From the NCBI GenBank assembly GCA_963718585.1, contig OY970357.1:120001-152000 (forward strand): a stretch of DNA of 32,000 nt. The letters run 5' to 3'. This DNA comes from Candidatus Saccharimonadota bacterium (GTDB taxonomy: Bacteria > Patescibacteriota > Patescibacteriia > 2-12-FULL-60-25). The notes below the pieces were generated by a model. It searched no databases and was not told where the DNA came from. It was given only the letters and a program-made list of their open reading frames with translations. Below, in pieces: positions 24,363 through 32,000 of the stretch. A program made the translations under genes and the position numbers. Positions within the stretch are counted from its first letter, which is position 1. Each line of letters begins with the position of its first letter.

Positions 24363-24552
24363 TGAGAGAAAGGGCGGAGCAGCGGCGGAAAGGTCTGGAC
24401 GGCCGCAGGGCTTTTTTTTTGAGGGAGGGGGCGAGATCCAAGAAGATCTCTTTGCGGAGCCTCGTCTGGACGAGACACGCGCGTTGCTCCGGGAACGACA
24501 GGCGTTCCACTTCTTTCATACCCGATCTCGACGCCGTTGTCAATCCGTCGGG

Positions 24553-24963
24553 TCAGGGGATGATCGCGTGGAACTTCTGCGCGACGCTCGCGTCTGTGTA
24601 CGAGATCTCGAGCGGATCCGTGATCGACCTGCGGACGAGGCACATGTACCCATTGCGTCCCACCGGGTGCTGTTTCGCGAGTGTGAGCGCTTCGCGCATC
24701 GTCGTGAAGAAGTTGAAGACAAGGTCCGGATCGACCTCGTAGACGTGATCCGGTCCATCGAACTGTCGAAGTTTCGCATCGATCTGGAGTTTGCTCCCAA
24801 ACGGAGGCGGAACTTCGATCTTGCGTCGGACCACCGCATCGGGGATCCAGATGGCGAAGACGCCCTCGAGGCCATACCAGGACAACATGGCGTTGAAGCT
24901 GATCCAACGCTGTCCGGCCACATCCCGATAAAAGACCTCGCTGTGCCACATCTGTCTGTTCAT
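24553..24963 (-). CDS. orphan hypothetical protein (136 aa)
   Basis: ORF 24553..25014(-) trimmed to ATG 24963, which has AAAGGGTGA upstream. G/C-ending codon bias. No recognised motif. Confidence 0.6.
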   Translation of the reverse strand: MNRQMWHSEVFYRDVAGQRWISFNAMLSWYGLEGVFAIWIPDAVVRRKIEVPPPFGSKLQIDAKLRQFDGPDHVYEVDPDLVFNFFTTMREALTLAKQHPVGRNGYMCLVRRSITDPLEISYTDASVAQKFHAIIP

Positions 24964-25091
24964 GCTGCTCACCCTTTCTTGGTTTCCGAAGGAGCATCGC
25001 CGTATCAGGGACACTACGACCGCCCGCTCCTCTCGTCAACCAGTTGAACCCTTGCATGCGGCCTTCGCGTACGGTTAGATGCAGACAACCT

Positions 25092-25466
25092 ATGTCCATC
25101 CAACGTATCTTTGAGTCCGCCCGCAAAATGGGCGTTCCGGTCATCCTGACCGATCCGGCCGGCCGTGATCCCATGGTCGTGCTCACGCTTGAACAGTTCG
25201 AGGCCATGAATGGAGAGCCGCCGGCGCGCCCACGACCGACGCCCCCGGTCCGTTCGGCACCCCGTACCGCACCCGTCCAGGAACCCGTCGTGGAGTCTCC
25301 CGCAAAGGCGCCGATCCGTCTGGCGGATGACCGGGAGGCGGACGCTCGGGCTGAGGAGGCACTGAAGGCCTTTGAGACCATGGCCGGATCCTATGTCGAA
25401 AATGACGAAATTCCGCTAGAAGAGCGCTTTTATCTGGAACCCGTCGATGACGGCGACCAAGCCTAG
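25092..25466 (+). CDS. hypothetical protein with a weak Phd/YefM-antitoxin-like N-terminus and a Pro-rich/acidic disordered tail
   Basis: ORF 25044..25466 trimmed to ATG 25092. MSIQRIFESARKMGVPVILTDPAGRDPMVVLTLEQFEAM resembles the ..G.PV.IT..GKP.AVL.S.EEYE.L pattern. The rest is low-complexity. Confidence 0.5.
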   Translation: MSIQRIFESARKMGVPVILTDPAGRDPMVVLTLEQFEAMNGEPPARPRPTPPVRSAPRTAPVQEPVVESPAKAPIRLADDREADARAEEALKAFETMAGSYVENDEIPLEERFYLEPVDDGDQA

Positions 25467-25475
25467 GTACTGGTC

Positions 25476-25504
25476 TTGCGCGGTTTTTCAAGGCCTGCTA
25501 TAGT
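25476..25504 (+). promoter_or_regulatory. candidate tuf promoter (TTGCGC-17-TATAGT)
   Basis: TTGCGC 25476-25481 and TATAGT 25499-25504, followed by an AT-rich leader of ~70 nt before ATG 25579. Confidence 0.5.
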
Positions 25505-25578
25505 CTTGCCACATTAAATTTCCTCTAATTTTTAAGTAAAATCCCGGTTCACGGGTTACTTACGTCCCCAAATACGGT

Positions 25579-26769
25579 ATGGCGGAAATGTTCGATCGCT
25601 CCAAGCCCCACGTCAACGTTGGCACTATCGGCCACGTCGACCACGGCAAGACCACTCTCACAGCGGCCATTTTGAACGTGCTCACAGCGCACGGCGGAAA
25701 GGCGCAGGATAAAAAGGTGGCTGACCTCGATAAGGCGCCGGAGTCCAAGTCGCGTGGGATCACCATCGCGACGGCGCACGTCGAGTATGAGACGGAAAAG
25801 CGCCACTACGCGCACGTCGACTGTCCGGGTCACGCGGACTACATCAAGAACATGATCACGGGTGCGGCCCAGATGGACGGCGCGATCCTCGTCGTGTCCG
25901 CCACGGACGGTCCGATGCCGCAGACGCGCGAGCACATCCTTCTCGCCCGTCAGGTCGGTGTGCCGGCCATCGTCGTCTTCCTCAACAAGGTGGACATGGT
26001 GGACGATGCGGAGCTCGTTGATCTCGTGGAACAGGAAGTTCGCGACCTGCTCAGCAAGTACCAGTATGACGGCGATAACACCCCGGTCATCCGCGGTTCC
26101 GCGCTCAAGGCGCTCGAGAACCCCAACGATGAAGCGGCATCCAAGCCGGTGCTCGACCTCCTGAAGCAACTTGACGAGTTCATTCCGGAGCCGGTCCGTG
26201 AGACGGAAAAGCCGTTCCTCATGCCGGTCGAAGACGTGTTCTCGATCGAAGGTCGTGGCACGGTGGTCACGGGTCGTATCGAGCGCGGGATGGTCAAGTT
26301 GAACGAGGAGATCGAGATCGTCGGTTTCACGGACACACGGAAGACGGTCGTGACCGGGATCGAGATGTTCAACAAGCAGCTCAACGAGGGTCAGGCCGGC
26401 GACAACGCGGGTCTTCTCCTCCGCGGGATCAAGAAGGAAGAGGTCGAGCGCGGCATGGTGCTCTGCAAGCCGGGTTCGATCACGCCGCACACCGAATTCG
26501 AGGCCGAGGTCTATGCCTTGACCAAGGAAGAAGGTGGTCGTCATAAGCCGTTCGTCACGGGCTACAAGCCGCAGTTCTACATTCGAACGACGGACGTCAC
26601 GGGTGAGATCGCGCTTCCGGAAGGTATCGCCATGGTCCAGCCGGGCGACACCGTGAACATGACCATCAAGCTTATCGCTCCGGTGGCCATGGAAGAGAAG
26701 ATGCGCTTCGCGATCCGCGAAGGCGGCCGCACCGTTGGTGCCGGCGTTGTCACTAAGATCGTCAAATAA
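25579..26769 (+). CDS. tuf: elongation factor Tu
   Basis: 396 aa. [57 protein letters not shown], and a C-terminus of [14 protein letters not shown]. Confidence 0.98.
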   Translation: MAEMFDRSKPHVNVGTIGHVDHGKTTLTAAILNVLTAHGGKAQDKKVADLDKAPESKSRGITIATAHVEYETEKRHYAHVDCPGHADYIKNMITGAAQMDGAILVVSATDGPMPQTREHILLARQVGVPAIVVFLNKVDMVDDAELVDLVEQEVRDLLSKYQYDGDNTPVIRGSALKALENPNDEAASKPVLDLLKQLDEFIPEPVRETEKPFLMPVEDVFSIEGRGTVVTGRIERGMVKLNEEIEIVGFTDTRKTVVTGIEMFNKQLNEGQAGDNAGLLLRGIKKEEVERGMVLCKPGSITPHTEFEAEVYALTKEEGGRHKPFVTGYKPQFYIRTTDVTGEIALPEGIAMVQPGDTVNMTIKLIAPVAMEEKMRFAIREGGRTVGAGVVTKIVK

Positions 26770-26818
26770 GATTCTTCATCGTCCTTCGCTCCCGTCAGGG
26801 GGCGGGACAGGAACGGCC

Positions 26819-27160
26819 ATGGCTGAAGCAACGAAAAAAGCGACAAAGGAAGCCGCCGCCTCCCGCGTCCGCATCAAGATCCGCGCGTACGACCACAAGA
26901 TCATCGATCAGTCGACGCGTACGATCATCGATACCGCGGAACGGACAGGTGCGCACGTGGTCGGTCCCGTCCCGCTCCCGACGGAGAAGAAGAAATGGAC
27001 GGTGAACCGCTCGACGTTCGTCCATAAGAACGCACGTGAGCAATTCGAGATGCGCATCCATAAGCGCATCGTCGACATCCTCGACCCCAACGCCAAGACC
27101 ATCGAATCGTTGACCTCGCTCAACCTTCCGGCCGGTGTGGACGTCGAGATCAAGATGTAA
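26819..27160 (+). CDS. rpsJ: 30S ribosomal protein uS10
   Basis: ORF 26735..27160 trimmed to ATG 26819 (AGGA 6 nt upstream). [70 protein letters not shown]. Confidence 0.93.
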   Translation: MAEATKKATKEAAASRVRIKIRAYDHKIIDQSTRTIIDTAERTGAHVVGPVPLPTEKKKWTVNRSTFVHKNAREQFEMRIHKRIVDILDPNAKTIESLTSLNLPAGVDVEIKM

Positions 27161-27425
27161 AAGTACCCCGTAGGTCTGGTCCCAAGGAGTAAGTTGCTTT
27201 CCGCTGAAAGGCGGAAAACCCTCACCGCGAAGTGAGACTGGCATAACCTCCCTGTCGTGCATCAAGACCTCCGGCGTTCTCCAACCAAAGAAGCCTTTCA
27301 GTTCGCAGAGAGGCCAGAAGCATCCGACGTTCTTCCCGAACGGCTGATACTTCTGGCCTTTGCGTTTATCAGCCAGATTCATTCCGGACCACTGACCGCC
27401 TAGCGGGCATGTCCATAACGGATGT
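27161..27425 (+). promoter_or_regulatory. 265-nt ORF-free structured spacer between rpsJ and rplC
   Basis: Consecutive hairpins: TTTCCGC-TGAAAG-GCGGAAA (27198-27217), CTCAC-CGCGAA-GTGAG, GCCTTTC-AGTTCGCA-GAGAGGC, and the long hairpin listed next. Confidence 0.35.
27312..27367 (+). terminator. terminator/attenuator-like hairpin upstream of rplC
   Basis: GGCCAGAAG (27312-27320) pairs with CTTCTGGCC (27350-27358), with extra inner pairs, followed by TTTGCGTTT. Confidence 0.4.
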
Positions 27426-28028
27426 ATGAAATTCATTCTCGCCAAAAAACTCGAGATGTCCCAAGTCTTTCGACCGAACGGCACGGTGGTACCCGTGACG
27501 TTGGTTCAGGCTGGTCCATGCGTCGTGACGCAGATCAAGGACAAGGAGAAAGACGGCTACACGGCCGTCCAGTTGGGTTTTCTCCCGGGACGCAATCACA
27601 CGAAGTCCGAAGCCGGTCACCTCAAGGACCTTCCGCAGATGACCGAACTCCGTGAATTCCGCGTCGAAGATCCTTCGACGTTGAAGCGCGGTGACATGGT
27701 CGAAGCCGCCCTCTTTGAGGCGGGGGACAAGATCGAGGTCACGGGTACGTCTAAGGGCAAAGGATTCCAGGGGGTCGTGAAGCGTCATCACTTCCATGGC
27801 CACCCGAGTTCGCACGGGCACAAGGACCAATTGCGTATGCCGGGGTCCATCGGTGCCGGTGGCGTTCAGCGCGTCTTCAAGGGTCTGCGCATGGCGGGCC
27901 GCATGGGCGGTGACACGGTCACGGTGAAGAATCTGGAGGTCGTTGAGATCCGCGATGGGGGTGTCCTCGCGGTCAAAGGCGCGGTCCCGGGACCGCGGAA
28001 TGCTGTTCTTGAGATCCGCACCGTCTAA
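27426..28028 (+). CDS. rplC: 50S ribosomal protein uL3
   Basis: 200 aa. KKLEMSQVF..NGTVVPVTLVQAGPCVVTQIK..EKDGYTAVQLGF; TSKGKGFQGVVKRHHF; GRMGGDTVTVKNLEVV. Confidence 0.97.
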   Translation: MKFILAKKLEMSQVFRPNGTVVPVTLVQAGPCVVTQIKDKEKDGYTAVQLGFLPGRNHTKSEAGHLKDLPQMTELREFRVEDPSTLKRGDMVEAALFEAGDKIEVTGTSKGKGFQGVVKRHHFHGHPSSHGHKDQLRMPGSIGAGGVQRVFKGLRMAGRMGGDTVTVKNLEVVEIRDGGVLAVKGAVPGPRNAVLEIRTV

Positions 28029-28033
28029 CCGAT

Positions 28034-28666
28034 ATGGCAAACGTCAACGTCTACAACCAAGAGGGAAAGGTGACGGGGAGCGTCGAGCTCAACCCGAAAT
28101 TTTTCGATGTCAAAGTGAATCCGTCCCTCGTTCACGAAGCGATCATTGCGCAGCAAGCGAATGCGCGTCATCCGATCGCGAGCACGAAGACCCGCGGCAA
28201 GGTCAGCGGTGGCGGCAAGAAGCCGTGGCGGCAGAAGGGGACAGGTCGTGCCCGTCAGGGATCCATCCGTTCCCCGCAGTGGGTCGGCGGTGGGATCACG
28301 TTCGGTCCCTCGAGTGAGCGGAACTTCGGCGTGAAGATCAATCGCAAGGTCAAGCAGAAAGCGCTCTTCATGGCTCTTTCAGATAAGGCGGCGCATGAAG
28401 GGCTTCTCGTCCTCGAAGCGTTCCAGCCCAAAGAGTCGAAGACCAAGTTTGCGGCAGAGCTCTTCAAGGCGCTTCCGACCAAACGGAGGGTGTTGGCCGT
28501 GATCCCGAAGTCTGATCCGACCCTGCTACGGATGGTCCGCAACCTCCAGAACGTGAAACTCGTCACCGTGAACGCGCTCAATGTCGTCGATGTGGTGAAC
28601 ATGCCGACCATCGTGTTCTGGAAAGATACGGTCCCGGCCTTCGAGACCCTTTATCGCAACGCCTAA
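28034..28666 (+). CDS. rplD: 50S ribosomal protein uL4
   Basis: 210 aa. TKTRGKVSGGGKKPWRQKGTGRARQGSIRSPQWVGGGITFGP. Confidence 0.97.
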   Translation: MANVNVYNQEGKVTGSVELNPKFFDVKVNPSLVHEAIIAQQANARHPIASTKTRGKVSGGGKKPWRQKGTGRARQGSIRSPQWVGGGITFGPSSERNFGVKINRKVKQKALFMALSDKAAHEGLLVLEAFQPKESKTKFAAELFKALPTKRRVLAVIPKSDPTLLRMVRNLQNVKLVTVNALNVVDVVNMPTIVFWKDTVPAFETLYRNA

Positions 28667-28667
28667 T

Positions 28668-29114
28668 ATGGGAATCTTCAGTCGTACAAAACAGTCTGAC
28701 GCGGACCGCAAGAAGCAGGTCGCGAAAAAGGACGAAGAAGTGAAGGTCGCCAAGGTCGCGGAGGAAAAGAAGACCGACGCGCCGAAGAAGACCGAAGCCG
28801 CGGCAACCGTGACGTCGAAGTCCACGGGTGGTCGTTCTGCCTACGTTCTCATCTCGCCGCGTGTCAGTGAAAAGGCAGCGCGCCTCGCAGATAAGGGGTG
28901 CTATGTCTTCAATGTGCCGGTCTCGGCCAACAAGGTTGAGGTGAAGAAGGCGATCGAGTCGCTCTACAAAGTCCATGTGACCCGTGTGAATACCGTTCGT
29001 GGGATCGGGAAGGCCGTGTCACGCGGTCGGATCGCGGGACGTCGTTCCAGCTGGAAGAAGGCGATCGTGTCGTTGAAGTCCGGTCAGAAGCTCGATATCT
29101 ACCCTGGTGTCTAA
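28668..29114 (+). CDS. rplW: 50S ribosomal protein uL23 with ~55-aa Lys/Glu-rich N-terminal extension
   Basis: The core [49 protein letters not shown]...[15 protein letters not shown] is L23-like. The N-terminal extension depends on ATG 28668 being the true start. Confidence 0.88.
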   Translation: MGIFSRTKQSDADRKKQVAKKDEEVKVAKVAEEKKTDAPKKTEAAATVTSKSTGGRSAYVLISPRVSEKAARLADKGCYVFNVPVSANKVEVKKAIESLYKVHVTRVNTVRGIGKAVSRGRIAGRRSSWKKAIVSLKSGQKLDIYPGV

Positions 29115-29118
29115 ACGT

Positions 29119-29955
29119 ATGCCGATCAAGAAATATCGCCCCGTCACCAAAGGCCGCCGGATCTCCTCCGTGCAGGATTTTTCAGACGTGACGCGTCATG
29201 AGCCGGAGAAATCCCTCATTGTCACGCGTAAGGAGTTCGCCGGTCGCACCAATGGGAAGATCACGGTCCGTCATAAGGGCACGGGTCACAAGCGCTTCGT
29301 TCGCGTGGTGGATTTCAAGCGCGACAAGTATGACATTCCGGCGCGCGTCGACTCGATCGAATACGATCCGAATCGTGGCGCACGCATCTCGCTCCTCGTC
29401 TACAAAGACGGTGAAAAGCGCTACATGCTCAACCCGGATGGTCTGAAGGTCGGCGACACGGTCGTCTCCTCCAAGACGAGTGCCGAGATCAAGGTGGGCA
29501 ACCGGTTGCCGCTCGATAAGATCCCGGTCGGCATGACCGTGCATGCGGTCGAGCTTCAGCCCGGCAAGGGCGGTCAGCTCGGACGCGGCGCGGGGAACTC
29601 CATCCAGTTGATGGCGGTCGAGGGATCGTATGCGACGTTGAAGCTCCCGTCCGGCGAGGTGCGGAACGTCCAAAAGACGTGCATGGCCACGCTTGGGACG
29701 GTTTCCAATCCGGATTGGCACCTCGTTCGTTGGGGGAAAGCGGGTCGGATGCGGCATCGCGGCATCAAACCAACGGTCCGTGGAAAGGCCATGAACCCGG
29801 TGGATCACCCGCACGGTGGTGGAGAAGGAAAGCATCCGATCGGTATGACGCACCCCAAGACAAAATGGGGGAAGCATGCTCTCGGTGTGAAGACCCGGAA
29901 GAAGAATCGCGCGTCCGAAGCTCTTATCATCAAGCGTCGGAAGAAGAAGAAATAA
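29119..29955 (+). CDS. rplB: 50S ribosomal protein uL2
   Basis: ORF 29107 (GTG) trimmed to ATG 29119 ([14 protein letters not shown]). [24 protein letters not shown]; [14 protein letters not shown]. Confidence 0.96.
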   Translation: MPIKKYRPVTKGRRISSVQDFSDVTRHEPEKSLIVTRKEFAGRTNGKITVRHKGTGHKRFVRVVDFKRDKYDIPARVDSIEYDPNRGARISLLVYKDGEKRYMLNPDGLKVGDTVVSSKTSAEIKVGNRLPLDKIPVGMTVHAVELQPGKGGQLGRGAGNSIQLMAVEGSYATLKLPSGEVRNVQKTCMATLGTVSNPDWHLVRWGKAGRMRHRGIKPTVRGKAMNPVDHPHGGGEGKHPIGMTHPKTKWGKHALGVKTRKKNRASEALIIKRRKKKK

Positions 29956-29967
29956 TCGACCATACGT

Positions 29968-30258
29968 ATGTCTCGTAGTCTCAAAAAAGGCCCTTATACC
30001 GACGCCAAACTCATGGCGAAGGTGGCCAAGCTCACCCCGGGCGACAAGACCGTCATCAAGACGTGGTCGCGCGCATCCACCATCACGCCGACGATGGTCG
30101 GTTTCACGTTCGGCGTGCATAACGGTCGTCAGCACACACCGGTCCTCGTCGTCGAGAACATGGTCGGGCACAAGCTCGGTGAATTCGCGCCGACGCGCAA
30201 GTTCGTCCACCACGGCGGGAAACTGCAAAAGTCCGCGGAAGGTGGAGCGAAGAAATAA
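29968..30258 (+). CDS. rpsS: 30S ribosomal protein uS19
   Basis: [12 protein letters not shown]...[48 protein letters not shown]. Confidence 0.97.
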   Translation: MSRSLKKGPYTDAKLMAKVAKLTPGDKTVIKTWSRASTITPTMVGFTFGVHNGRQHTPVLVVENMVGHKLGEFAPTRKFVHHGGKLQKSAEGGAKK

Positions 30259-30263
30259 TCGAT

Positions 30264-30734
30264 ATGGAAGTCAAAGCCTCACTCCGCATGCTCCGCATGG
30301 CCCCGCGCAAGGTGCGTCTCGTCGTGGATACGATCCGCGGCCTTAAGGCGACCGATGCCGAGGTGAAATTGCAGTTCGTCCAGAAGGCGGCATCTTTGCC
30401 GGTCCTCAAGTTGCTCCGTTCGGCCATGGCCAATGCCGAGCACAATTTCAAGCTCGACCGGGAGACATTGTTTGTGAAGACCATCACGGCAGACGGTGGC
30501 CCGACGCTCAAGCGGTCCCGGCCGCGCGCACACGGTCGTGCGGCGCCGATCCGCAAGCGGACGACGCATATCAATATCATTCTTTCGGACGAGAAACCGG
30601 TCAAAGCAACGTCTGCTTCGGTCGCGAAGAACGCGAAAGCTGCACCGAAGGCCTCCGCCATCGCGAAGAAGAAGGCCGTGACGCCCCGGCGCACCGCCAA
30701 ACCGGCCGCGAAAGCCGCCGATACCAACGCCTAA
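30264..30734 (+). CDS. rplV: 50S ribosomal protein uL22 with Ala/Lys-rich C-terminal tail
   Basis: RMAPRKVRLVVDTIRGLKATDAEVKLQF..KAASLPVLKLLRSAMANAEHN...RPRAHGRAAPIRKRTTHINIIL, then a ~45-aa tail (KATSASVAKNAKAAPKASAIAKKKA...). Confidence 0.95.
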   Translation: MEVKASLRMLRMAPRKVRLVVDTIRGLKATDAEVKLQFVQKAASLPVLKLLRSAMANAEHNFKLDRETLFVKTITADGGPTLKRSRPRAHGRAAPIRKRTTHINIILSDEKPVKATSASVAKNAKAAPKASAIAKKKAVTPRRTAKPAAKAADTNA

Positions 30735-30743
30735 CCAACGCAT

Positions 30744-31487
30744 ATGGGTCACAAAGTCCATCCCAAATCCTTCCGCCTCGGAACGACCACGACCTGGCCG
30801 TCCCGCTGGTTTGCGCGTGACGACGCCTACCGCGCTCAGCTCAAGGAAGACCTGCATATCCGCGCCTTCTTCCAAAAGGAGTTGCGTGACGCCGCAGTGA
30901 GCAGCGTCCTCATCAGCCGGTCGCGCGGAACGCTCGAGATCACGATCGCGACCGCCAAGCCCGGTATGGTCATCGGCCGCGGCGGCGCCGGTATCGAAGA
31001 TCTGAAGAAGAAGTTCCTCAAGACGTTCTTCCCGGGGAAGAAGATCCAGTTCCAGCTGAACGTCACCGAGGTGGCGAAGGCGTCGCTCGAATCGACGATC
31101 GTCGCGCAGCAGGTCTGTCAGGATCTGGAGCGACGCATGCCGTACCGACGCGTCATGAAGATGGCGATCGAGCGGGTGAAGAAAGCCGGCGCGCTTGGCG
31201 TGAAGATCATCGTCGCCGGTCGATTGAACGGTCGTGAGATCGCTCGGACCGAACGTCTTGTGTGGGGGAAGATCCCGCTGACGAATCTCCGTGCGGACAT
31301 CGATTATTGTCAGGATACGGCGCGTACCATCGCTGGAGCGGTCGGCGTGAAGGTCTGGATCTATCGTGGCGACATCTTTGAACAGGACCGCCGGTCGCAG
31401 TATGAGCCGACGACCCCGACGCGCGATCGTCGACGTGCGCCAGATCGCCGTGATGCAGCGCCACGCGCGGCGTCATCCAATGTTTGA
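30744..31487 (+). CDS. rpsC: 30S ribosomal protein uS3
   Basis: MGHKVHPKSFRLGTTTTWPSRWFA; KPGMVIGRGGAGIEDLKK; GRLNGREIARTE..GKIPL. Confidence 0.97.
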   Translation: MGHKVHPKSFRLGTTTTWPSRWFARDDAYRAQLKEDLHIRAFFQKELRDAAVSSVLISRSRGTLEITIATAKPGMVIGRGGAGIEDLKKKFLKTFFPGKKIQFQLNVTEVAKASLESTIVAQQVCQDLERRMPYRRVMKMAIERVKKAGALGVKIIVAGRLNGREIARTERLVWGKIPLTNLRADIDYCQDTARTIAGAVGVKVWIYRGDIFEQDRRSQYEPTTPTRDRRRAPDRRDAAPRAASSNV

Positions 31488-31496
31488 TCCACGTCT

Positions 31497-31910
31497 ATGT
31501 TGATCCCTCGCAAAGTCAAACATCGTAAGTGGCACAAAGGCCGCGCCCGCAACATTCGCTGGGCGACCGATAAGATCGAGCTCGCCTTCGGTGCGCACGG
31601 TCTTAAGGCGACGAGCAATGTATACGTCAGCTCCCGTCAGATCGAGGCTTGTCGTCGTGTCCTGACGCGGTACACGCGTCGCGGTGGCAAGATCTGGATC
31701 CGGATCTTCCCGGACAAGCCGATCACGAAAAAGGGCAATGAGGTTCCGATGGGTGCCGGAAAAGGCGCCGTGGACCACTATGTCGCGGTCGTGAAGCCGG
31801 GGACCATCCTCTTCGAGATGGACGGCATCCCGGACGCGCAGGCGAAGGAAGCGCTGAAGTTGGCCGCGTATAAATTGCCCTGTACTACGAAATACGTGAC
31901 CTCACACTAG
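31497..31910 (+). CDS. rplP: 50S ribosomal protein uL16
   Basis: [16 protein letters not shown]...[55 protein letters not shown]. Confidence 0.97.
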   Translation: MLIPRKVKHRKWHKGRARNIRWATDKIELAFGAHGLKATSNVYVSSRQIEACRRVLTRYTRRGGKIWIRIFPDKPITKKGNEVPMGAGKGAVDHYVAVVKPGTILFEMDGIPDAQAKEALKLAAYKLPCTTKYVTSH

Positions 31911-31911
31911 T

Positions 31912-32000
31912 ATGGAAATCAAAGAACTCCGTCTCAAGACCCCCGAAGAATTGCTCGTCCTCGAGCGTGAACTTCGTGTCGCGGTCCGTGAAAACCGGTT
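31912..32000 (+). CDS. rpmC: 50S ribosomal protein uL29 (5' part, truncated by window end)
   Basis: ATG 31912 sits right after the rplP stop. MEIKELRLKTPEELLVLERELRVAVRENR matches the L29 N-terminus and the conserved operon position. Confidence 0.85.
   Translation, partial: MEIKELRLKTPEELLVLERELRVAVRENR

Noticed and set aside
23879-25381. 500-aa minus-strand ORF, the longest ORF in the fusA-tuf gap
   Set aside because: It is almost entirely Arg/Ser/Gly/Pro low-complexity sequence. It crosses two terminator hairpins and two promoters and overlaps better-supported genes in other frames (24553-24963, 25092-25466). Only its last ~45 codons upstream of the frame break (from GTG 24280) look like real coding sequence.
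1-32000. CRISPR arrays, rRNA genes, transposases, integrases, and obvious toxin or defence-system genes
   Set aside because: I scanned for regularly spaced repeats, rRNA-like conserved stretches and the characteristic motifs in the six-frame ORFs. None was found. The only repeats are the 19-nt tRNA fragment and the 24-nt terminator pair reported above.

Overview
GC-rich bacterial chromosomal window (GC judged by eye, not computed), made mostly of core housekeeping genes. Left part: a plus-strand cell-envelope trio (GT4 glycosyltransferase, DUF4012 protein, TM-anchored beta-sandwich repeat protein), tRNA-Arg(TCG), a minus-strand rpmF-nusB-rnc-lipoprotein block, ndk, small membrane and orphan ORFs, an HD hydrolase, tRNA-Pro(GGG), hup, a LOG/TIGR00730 protein, a malic enzyme, rpmB and an M50 protease. 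Right part: the str operon (rpsL-rpsG-fusA ... tuf), then the S10 operon (rpsJ-rplC-rplD-rplW-rplB-rpsS-rplV-rpsC-rplP-rpmC, cut by the window end). Main observations: (1) fusA and tuf are separated by a ~3.1 kb insert of orphan genes. Its largest product is a chimera of a sigma-70 region-4 domain and an RNA polymerase alpha C-terminal domain, bracketed by identical 24-nt terminator hairpins. (2) There are five single-base frame breaks at short homopolymers: two in fusA, one each in the malic enzyme, a polytopic membrane protein and a small insert gene. These are most simply assembly indels but need read-level checking. (3) Several promoter-to-terminator units lack convincing ORFs; the best is a ~210-nt candidate RNA at 10797-11005 whose 5' and 3' ends pair. 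(4) A 19-nt duplication of the tRNA-Arg 3' end looks like an att scar. (5) Unusually long structured spacers lie inside the ribosomal operons (rpsG-fusA, rpsJ-rplC). No CRISPR array, rRNA, transposase or integrase gene was seen. Tailed ribosomal proteins, DUF4012 and SD-poor TATG start contexts fit an uncultivated, possibly CPR/Patescibacteria-like lineage, but that is inference only.
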